A stretch of 32,000 bases of DNA from assembly GCF_000014785.1 (NCBI RefSeq), contig NC_008340.1, positions 870,001 through 902,000 of the forward strand. Reading direction: 5' to 3'. Shown here in pieces: positions 16,105-23,185 of the stretch. A program made the position numbers and the translations under genes. This DNA comes from Alkalilimnicola ehrlichii MLHE-1. Lineage in GTDB: Bacteria > Pseudomonadota > Gammaproteobacteria > Nitrococcales > Halorhodospiraceae. The notes below the pieces were generated by a model, which saw only the letters and a list, made by a program, of their open reading frames with translations, ran no database searches and was not told where the DNA came from. Positions within the stretch are counted from its first letter, which is position 1, and the number at the start of each line of letters is the position of its first letter.

Positions 16105-17244
16105 ATGACGCATCAAGTGAAGGAAATGGTCGAGGGCGTGGCCCGAGACTTCGAGGGGTTTAAGTCCCGCCAGGATCAAGCCCTGTCCGACCTGGACGAG
16201 CGCGTGAAGCGTGCCGAGACCCTGGCCGCCCGCAAGGTGGGCATGACCGTGGACAGCGGCGCAGGCATGGGGCCGGAGACCAAGGCGGTACGCGAGTGGC
16301 TGCGTGGTGGCGACTTCGACCGCAAGGCCCTGAGCATCGAGGATGACGGCCAAGGCGTGACCGTGCGCAGCGATTGGGCGGATCAAATCTTTAAGAAGAT
16401 TCGCGAATCCAGCCCCGTCCGCCAGGTGGCTAATAACCTGTCCACCAATTCCAACGAATTGGAGGTTCTGGTTGACCGTGGTGAACCGGACTCAGCGTGG
16501 GTGGCTGAAAAGGGCGACCGCGATCCGACTGCCGCTAGTTTCATGTCTCGGCATAAGATCGCCGTGCATGAGCACTACTCGTATCCGAGCGTAACCCAGC
16601 AATTCCTGGAGGATAGCCGGCTCGACCTGGAGCAGTGGTTGCAGGATAAAATCGGCACCCGTTTCGGTCGGCAGGAAGCCGAATCCTTTATCAAGGGTGA
16701 CGGCAACGGCAAGCCTCGCGGCATTCTGGATTACGACACCGTGCCGGATGGTGATTTCGAGTGGGGCGCTGATCCTGCCGATTACACCATCGGGGCGATC
16801 TATACCGGCGAATCGGGTGACTTCCCGAGCAACAATCCCGATAACGTGCTCTACGATGTTGTGGACGCGCTCAAGTCGGATTACCTGGGCAATGCACGGT
16901 TCATGATGAGCCGCGCCACGATGAACAAAATTCGGAAGCTGCGGGATGGTGACGACCGTGCCTTGCTCCAGATGAGCCTGGCGGAAGGTCGGCCCAATAC
17001 CCTGCTGGGGTTCCCGGTGGTGATTGCCGAGGATATGCCGGACCCGGCGGCGGATTCCGAGTCGATCCTGTTCGGTGACTTCGGCCAGGCGTACACCATC
17101 GTTGACCGGATCGGGGTAAGCGTGCTGCGTGATCCCTACACCCTGCCCGGCTGGGTCCGCTGGTACGTCCGCAAGCGTATCGGCGGGGCGCTGACCAACC
17201 CCGAAGCCCTGAAGGCCGTGGTGTTCGGCAGCGAGCCGAGCTGA
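16105..17244 (+). CDS. Major capsid protein, HK97 family, with N-terminal coiled-coil (delta/scaffold-like) segment
   Basis: 379 aa. N-terminal helical region (KEMVEGVARDFEGFKSRQDQALSDLDERVKRAE), then the typical HK97-family core (...IFKKIRESSPVRQVANNLSTNSNELEVLV..., ...GKPRGIL..., ...MSRATMNKIRKLRD...). Confidence 0.85.
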   Translation: MTHQVKEMVEGVARDFEGFKSRQDQALSDLDERVKRAETLAARKVGMTVDSGAGMGPETKAVREWLRGGDFDRKALSIEDDGQGVTVRSDWADQIFKKIRESSPVRQVANNLSTNSNELEVLVDRGEPDSAWVAEKGDRDPTAASFMSRHKIAVHEHYSYPSVTQQFLEDSRLDLEQWLQDKIGTRFGRQEAESFIKGDGNGKPRGILDYDTVPDGDFEWGADPADYTIGAIYTGESGDFPSNNPDNVLYDVVDALKSDYLGNARFMMSRATMNKIRKLRDGDDRALLQMSLAEGRPNTLLGFPVVIAEDMPDPAADSESILFGDFGQAYTIVDRIGVSVLRDPYTLPGWVRWYVRKRIGGALTNPEALKAVVFGSEPS

Positions 17245-17400
17245 TGAACACCGCCCGCTCCCGAGGCGGCAATATCGGGAGAGTTCCCCGCAGCCACCGC
17301 GGCGGCGCAAGCCGACAGGGTGGACGCGGCAACGCCCTGGCCGTGTCTCAGAACAAGGGCGGGCGGTATGGTTCCACCGCTGCGAAGAGACGGACCCACG

Positions 17401-17433
17401 CCCCCGAGCGAGAGGCTGCGGGGGCATCTTTTT
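17401..17433 (+). terminator. Intrinsic terminator after the capsid gene
   Basis: CCCCCG(17401-06)...CGGGGG(17419-24) stem followed by CATCTTTTTG. Confidence 0.5.
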
Positions 17434-17449
17434 GTATGGAGGTGCAACC

Positions 17450-17697
17450 ATGCTGACAGCCGAGGAACGTCTATGGGTGGCCGCACTGGCCCGGTATGTA
17501 CAGGACGCCCGTGCGCCCAGTGCCTACGGTGACGAGGGCGAGGCGCTGGCGGACCTGGAGGGCGATGCCGTGATACTGCGCCGCCTGGCGGAGCTGGCGG
17601 GCTATGACCCCGAGGCCACGGTGGTGGCGGTGAGGCGGGAGGTGTTGTGTTACCCCGATGGTCACAGATTGGTCACACGAAGCCCTGAGCGTGTGAC
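17450..17697 (+). CDS. Hypothetical protein (possible head-completion/adaptor); the 3' end is undefined because the frame has no stop before attR
   Basis: ATG 17450 lies 6 nt after GGAGGT. The frame stays open through the arm sites, attR and the tRNA until 18217. The end coordinate given is the element boundary, not a stop codon. Confidence 0.35.
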
Positions 17698-17699
17698 CA
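17648..17699 (+). promoter_or_regulatory. Putative arm-type binding sites, attR arm
   Basis: TGTTACCC(17648) cga TGGTCACA(17659) gat TGGTCACA(17670), with the same 11-bp phasing as at attL. One inverted octamer TGTGACCA (17692-17699) abuts the identity block. Confidence 0.6.
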
Positions 17700-17804
17700 G
17701 ACAAGAAAAAAGCCGCCCCGGTAACCCGGTAAGCGGCTGTTTTTCTTTGCTTTGTCTGGTAGGCGCGAGTGGACTCGAACCACCGACCCCCACCATGTCA
17801 AGGT
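17698..17804. repeat. attR: 107-bp direct repeat (copy B), forming the 3' half and terminator of the functional tRNA-Val
   Basis: See attL. The block ends 2 nt 5' of the anticodon loop (tRNA position 30). Confidence 0.9.
17705..17745 (-). terminator. Intrinsic (bidirectional-looking) terminator of tRNA-Val
   Basis: AAAAAA-AGCCGC-CCCGGTAACCCGGTA-AGCGGCT-GTTTTT. The stem is AGCCGC/GCGGCT with an inner CCGG/CCGG pair. A-run and T-run flank it, and the minus strand reads the stem followed by TTTTTT. Confidence 0.75.
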
Positions 17805-17833
17805 GGTGCTCTAACCAGCTGAGCTACGCGCCT
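17757..17833 (-). tRNA. tRNA-Val (anticodon GAC)
   Basis: The reverse complement reads AGGCGCGTAGCTCAGCTGGTTAGAGCACCACCTTGACATGGTGGGGGTCGGTGGTTCGAGTCCACTCGCGCCTACCA. Acceptor AGGCGCG/CGCGCCT, D arm GCTC/GAGC, anticodon stem CCACC/GGTGG with loop TTGACAT, T arm GGTGG-TTCGAGT-CCACT, encoded CCA. 77 nt. Confidence 0.95.
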
Positions 17834-17852
17834 GTCGTGTTCGACGAGCGGT

Positions 17853-17880
17853 ATTGTACCGTGTTGTCGGTGGTTGTCAA
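17853..17880 (-). promoter_or_regulatory. Sigma70 promoter of tRNA-Val
   Basis: The minus strand reads TTGACA (17880-17875), a 16-nt spacer, then TACAAT (17858-17853), about 20 nt upstream of the tRNA 5' end. Confidence 0.75.
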
Positions 17881-17989
17881 AGGACGCGGGATTGGGCTGG
17901 GGCTGGCCGGGAGGGGACGAACGCGGTCGAACTGCGAGGGGTGGGTCGGTGCTGTGGTTTTCAGCGCGGCCAGGCGCCTGACCCGTTCT

Positions 17990-18023
17990 GAAAACCCGTT
18001 TGCGGAGGCGGGCCCCCGCAAAC
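17990..18023 (-). terminator. Candidate intrinsic terminator of the small peptide gene
   Basis: Stem GTTTGCGG (17998-18005) / CCGCAAAC (18016-18023). On the minus strand it is followed by GGGTTTTC. Confidence 0.45.
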
Positions 18024-18040
18024 GAATGCTTCACCTGCCC

Positions 18041-18151
18041 TTAGAGCAGGCCGCCCAGCAGGCCGGTGCTGCCCAGCAGGCCGTTCACCAGTTCCAAGAC
18101 CGGGTTCAGGATCCCCAGCAGCACTCCAAGCAGATCATTGACCAATTCCAT
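18041..18151 (-). CDS. 36-aa Leu/Gly-rich hydrophobic peptide (not in the ORF track because it is under 60 aa)
   Basis: The minus strand has AAGGAG, 7 nt, then ATG GAA TTG ... CTC TAA = MELVNDLLGVLLGILNPVLELVNGLLGSTGLLGGLL. A hairpin terminator lies downstream and an AT-rich promoter region upstream. Confidence 0.5.
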   Translation of the reverse strand: MELVNDLLGVLLGILNPVLELVNGLLGSTGLLGGLL

Positions 18152-18465
18152 GACGTTACTCCTTGTTTCCCGTATGGGTGGAAAAGGCCCGCACATCTAT
18201 TATTATGCAGGCACTGAAAGCGTACGGTATGTTGTTTCGTTGCGGAATATTGTTTTAGTGCTAGTCGGTGTTAGTGGTTTGTTTGTAGGCATTATCATAA
18301 TAATTTAATGATTATCGGGCGGCGTTTGAGTTGAATAAAATGCCCATCTTTTATGGGTTCCGGTTGGTCCGTAACGCATTGGCTCATCTCCGTTGCGGCG
18401 AGTCATGCTCGGGGCCAGAGGGGCGCTCACCGGGGCCGGAGCAGGGTGGGACCGCACGCCGTTTG

Positions 18466-18477
18466 TGCGGTAGACTG
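18466..18477 (+). promoter_or_regulatory. ops/JUMPstart-like element in the leader of the polysaccharide operon
   Basis: TGCGGTAGACTG compared with the E. coli ops GGCGGTAGnnTG (11 of the 12 positions including the nn wildcards, 7/8 in the core). Sense orientation, about 85 nt upstream of the first ATG, embedded in hairpin GTGCGG-TAGACTG-CCGCAC. Confidence 0.35.
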
Positions 18478-18560
18478 CCGCACCCGTGGTGCGGCCGCGC
18501 GCCGGGGCACCAACACGAAACATCCGGGGGTTTCCCGGTATGAGGAAGGCGAACAACAGG

Positions 18561-19859
<1,299 letters not shown>

Positions 19860-19898
19860 GCGGCGTGTGACCCTGGTGCGGACAGTGGGTGTGGTGCG

Positions 19899-21380
19899 AT
19901 GACGGCGGCGTCCCGGACAATCCGGGGCCTCCTGTTGTTGCTTGCCGGCTTCGGCCTGCTGCCGGCGACTACGTCGGCGCACTGGCTCCCGCAGAATGAC
20001 GCCCACCTGCGCCACGATATCCAAATCCTGGCGGATGCCGGGGTGATCACCGGTGCGATGGGCACATGGCCCGTGCCGCGCGAAGCCCTGCTCCCCATCC
20101 TCCACCGGCCGTTGCCGGTCGAATCGCTGGATGCGCGTGAGGTTGCGGCCTGGTTCCGCGTGCGGCGGTTGTTGCGTGCAGAGCGGGGCTGGTACGGCAA
20201 CCTGCGGGTGAAGGGCGTTGCCGGCGAGGCCGAGCCCCCCGCCGGGTTGGCTTGGTTCGGCAATGCCAATCCGGAGGGCAGTGAGACCAGTGCGAGTGCC
20301 GCCTACCAAGGCGAAGGCCTGAGTTTCCGCCTGACCGGCAGTTGGGTGGACGACCCGGCGGATGGCCGCGAGTTCCGCGCCGACGGCAGCTACCTGGCGG
20401 CGCAGCTGGGCAACTGGATTGTGTCGGCGGGTGCGGTGCCCACCTATTGGGGGCCGGGTTGGTCTGGCAGCCTGATTCTGGGTAACGCCGCCCGCCCGGT
20501 GCCGGGTCTCACGGTGCAGCGGGCGGAACCGAAGGCGTTCCGGTTGCCGGTGCTCGAGCGCTTGGGCCCCTGGACCCTGCATGCCTTCTGGGGGCAGCTG
20601 GGGTCGGATCGGGCAGTGCCCAGGCCCCACTTCCTGGGCGCACGGTTCGCATTCCAGCCGAGCCCCCGGTTGGAGCTGGGGTTGAGTCGCACCGCTATCT
20701 GGGACTCGCCCCACACTGCCCGCGGGCTTCTGGACCTGGCCATCGCAGATCGGGACAGGGCCCAGCGCCGCACCACCGCCGAACAGATGGCCGGTCTTGA
20801 TCTGCGTCTGGCCTTTCCTGAGCATCTGTGGCCGTGGGCCGCGTATCTGCAGCACATCGGCGACAGTGAGTCCGGCCGGTTGCCCACCCAGCATATCGGT
20901 CTGTTCGGCCTGGAGAGTTGGGGGACGCTGGCCAATGATGCCAGCTACCGGGTGTTCCTGGAGTACGCCGATACCACGGCCCGCTTCTATTCCAGCCGCA
21001 AGCTGTTCAACTCGGCCTACGAGAGCGGTGGGCTGCCCAGCGGGCACCGGCACCGGGACCGGCCATTGGGCTACGCCACCGACAACGACAGCCGCCTGTT
21101 GACCCTGGGCGCGCTGTATCGGGCAGCGAACGATCACGCCGCCACGGTGAAGCTCCAGGTGGGCACTTTGAACCGCGATGACAGTCAGCGGGCCGGTGCC
21201 GGAGGCAACGTGATTGCGCCGCACAAACTCCGACTGGTGGATTTGGAGGGGGGCTACCGCTGGCCGTTGCGTCACGGCGAGGCGGGCCTGGGCGCGGGGA
21301 TGGCCCGGATCGACGAAGCCCGTGAGGGTGGGGCGGACTGGGAGGGGCGTGCCTGGCTGAAGTATGAGTACCAATTCTAG
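19899..21380 (+). CDS. wzi: Capsule assembly outer-membrane protein Wzi family
   Basis: Signal peptide, then LRHDIQILADAGVITGAMGTWPV (Wzi N-terminal helical motif), a beta-barrel-like remainder, and a C-terminal aromatic residue (...KYEYQF). Confidence 0.75.
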   Translation: MTAASRTIRGLLLLLAGFGLLPATTSAHWLPQNDAHLRHDIQILADAGVITGAMGTWPVPREALLPILHRPLPVESLDAREVAAWFRVRRLLRAERGWYGNLRVKGVAGEAEPPAGLAWFGNANPEGSETSASAAYQGEGLSFRLTGSWVDDPADGREFRADGSYLAAQLGNWIVSAGAVPTYWGPGWSGSLILGNAARPVPGLTVQRAEPKAFRLPVLERLGPWTLHAFWGQLGSDRAVPRPHFLGARFAFQPSPRLELGLSRTAIWDSPHTARGLLDLAIADRDRAQRRTTAEQMAGLDLRLAFPEHLWPWAAYLQHIGDSESGRLPTQHIGLFGLESWGTLANDASYRVFLEYADTTARFYSSRKLFNSAYESGGLPSGHRHRDRPLGYATDNDSRLLTLGALYRAANDHAATVKLQVGTLNRDDSQRAGAGGNVIAPHKLRLVDLEGGYRWPLRHGEAGLGAGMARIDEAREGGADWEGRAWLKYEYQF

Positions 21381-21449
21381 GGGGTGGGACCGGTTTAATT
21401 GCCACCGGTTACTGGGTATCCTTCCCCGCTTGCGACAGGATGGTGGACG

Positions 21450-21902
21450 ATGAGGTTGCCTTTTACCCGCTTCTTGGTGGTCTGTACCGGCAATATCTGC
21501 CGCAGTCCCATGGGCGAGGCTTACCTGCGCGATCGGCTGGGCGCGGGCGGGGAGTTTCTGATCGGCTCCGCCGGCACGGGTGCCCTGGTGGGTTATCCGG
21601 CCGACGACCACGCCATCACCGCCATGCAGGAGAAGGGCCTGGATATCAGCGCGCACCGGGCGCAACAGCTCACCCTAGCGTTGGCGCGTAACTACGATTT
21701 GCTCCTGGTCATGGACGATGGCCACCGGGAGTGGATAGAAAAGAACCATCCGGTCCTTCGGGGTCGGCTCTATCGTTTCGGGCACTGGCTGGATGCCGAG
21801 GTGGTGGACCCGGTCGGCCAGCCCCTGGAGGCCTTCAGGGAGGCCCGGGACCTGATCGAGCGGTCGGCGGACGCCTGGGCGCAACGTCTGCTGTCACATT
21901 GA
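21450..21902 (+). CDS. wzb: Low-molecular-weight protein-tyrosine phosphatase
   Basis: The active-site P-loop VCTGNICRSPMGE lies near the N-terminus, with a downstream DP motif (VVDPVG). 150 aa counted from ATG 21450. Confidence 0.9.
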   Translation: MRLPFTRFLVVCTGNICRSPMGEAYLRDRLGAGGEFLIGSAGTGALVGYPADDHAITAMQEKGLDISAHRAQQLTLALARNYDLLLVMDDGHREWIEKNHPVLRGRLYRFGHWLDAEVVDPVGQPLEAFREARDLIERSADAWAQRLLSH

Positions 21903-21976
21903 TTGCCTGACGCCAACAACCGATAAAGCAAGCGATCGCTTCCCCATCTGGGTGATCAAAGGAAGGAGAAGACCTC

Positions 21977-23158
21977 GTGTCACTGGCCCAAGCAAAAGTC
22001 CTTGAACCCCAGGCCCCGGTGCGCGGCCCGGTGCGTGTGTTCCTTGCGTTGTTGGCGACAGCGGCGCTGGCCGGATGCACCATCGCACCCGGTATCGATA
22101 TGGACACCGATCCCGACCCGGCGGTGTGGACGCCCAGCGGCGAGGATGAGGCGGATTTTCTCCCCGAGATCAAGGCCATCAACGCCGACGTGCTGGTGGC
22201 ACAGCGCCAAGCCCGGCGCGAGGCGAGGGCGGCGGTGGAGCACGCCGCGCGGACCGAGCTGGTGGCGGATTACGAGTACCGCATCGGTGCCTCGGATGTG
22301 ATCAATATCGTGGTCTGGGGGCACCCCGAACTCAGCAACCCCCTTGGGCTCACCCAGGACATCGAGCAGCAGGCGCGGCTGGTCAGCCGTAACGGCACCA
22401 TCTTCTACCCCCACGTGGGGCTGCTGCCGGTGGCCGGAAAGACGGTGGACGAGATCCGCGAGCAGTTGGCCGAACTGCTGGAGCCCTACGTCACCGACCC
22501 GCAGGTGGACGTGCGGGTGGTGGAGTACCGCAGCCAGAAGGTGTACGTCACCGGCGAGGTCACCCAGCCCGGGACGCTGACGCTCACCGACGAGCCCATG
22601 ACCCTGCTGGACGCCATCAACCAGGCCGGTGGCTTTAACGAACTGGCGGACCGGCGCCGGGCGGTACTGACCCGCGACGGCGAGCAGCGCAGCATCGACC
22701 TGCAGACCCTCTACTCCAGCGGCAAGGGCGATCTGCTGCTCCGGGACCGCGATGTGGTCCACGTGCCGGACAATCAATTCAACCGGGTGTTCGTCATGGG
22801 TGAGATCACCCGGCAGACGGCCCTTCCCATGCGGGAGAATGGCCGGATGACCCTGGCCGAGGCCATTAGCGAGGCCGAAGGGCTCGACCTGAACACCGCC
22901 GACACCAGCAATATCTTCGTGCTGCGGGGCCAGCCTGTCTTTGACGACGAGGGTGAGATCCGCGGCGTGCGCCCGGAGGCCTACCATCTGGATGCGCGCT
23001 CCGGCCTGGCACTGGTGCTGGCCGAGGGCTTCGAGTTGCAACCGCGCGACATCGTCTACGCCGCCAGCTCCGGCGTGGTGCGCTTTAACCGCGTCATCAG
23101 CCAAATCCTGCCCACGGTACAGACCGTCTGGCAGACCCAACGGATCATCACTGACTAA
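21977..23158 (+). CDS. wza: Polysaccharide export outer-membrane lipoprotein Wza (OPX family)
   Basis: GTG start after GGAAGGAG. Lipobox LALAGC. Poly_export motif YRIGASDVINIVVWGHPEL followed by SLBB-type repeats. Confidence 0.85.
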   Translation: MSLAQAKVLEPQAPVRGPVRVFLALLATAALAGCTIAPGIDMDTDPDPAVWTPSGEDEADFLPEIKAINADVLVAQRQARREARAAVEHAARTELVADYEYRIGASDVINIVVWGHPELSNPLGLTQDIEQQARLVSRNGTIFYPHVGLLPVAGKTVDEIREQLAELLEPYVTDPQVDVRVVEYRSQKVYVTGEVTQPGTLTLTDEPMTLLDAINQAGGFNELADRRRAVLTRDGEQRSIDLQTLYSSGKGDLLLRDRDVVHVPDNQFNRVFVMGEITRQTALPMRENGRMTLAEAISEAEGLDLNTADTSNIFVLRGQPVFDDEGEIRGVRPEAYHLDARSGLALVLAEGFELQPRDIVYAASSGVVRFNRVISQILPTVQTVWQTQRIITD

Positions 23159-23185
23159 AGCCTGAGCCCGGATAAGCCAATAGCC

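Larger units (their letters stand above)
8702..17804 (+). mobile_element. Integrated ~9.0 kb phage-satellite-like element in tRNA-Val (unique part 8809-17697 plus one att copy)
   Basis: Flanking 107-bp direct repeats. Integrase lies next to attL. AlpA, primase-helicase, iterons, TerL and HK97 capsid are all co-directional. By eye the region is less GC-rich than the flanks (not computed). Confidence 0.85.

Noticed and set aside
17244-17456. 70-aa Arg/Gly-rich ORF after the capsid gene
   Set aside because: It has no RBS, its composition is low-complexity basic sequence, and it contains the intrinsic terminator hairpin (17401-17433).
17432-18217. 261-aa ORF taken at face value as one protein
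   Set aside because: It reads straight through attR, the tRNA-Val gene, its promoter and the antisense of the 36-aa peptide gene. Only the 5' part from ATG 17450 is plausibly coding (see the finding on state-dependent termination).
18066-18308. 80-aa plus-strand ORF ending ...LFVGIIIII
   Set aside because: Its first part is antisense to the better-supported 36-aa peptide gene. The rest runs through the AT-rich promoter region, and it has no RBS.
21930-21941. AAGCGATCGCTT palindrome (HIP1-like GCGATCGC core), also seen at about 15493 and 23461
   Set aside because: These are isolated occurrences of an 8-mer that is expected by chance in GC-rich DNA. No iteration pattern is visible in this window.
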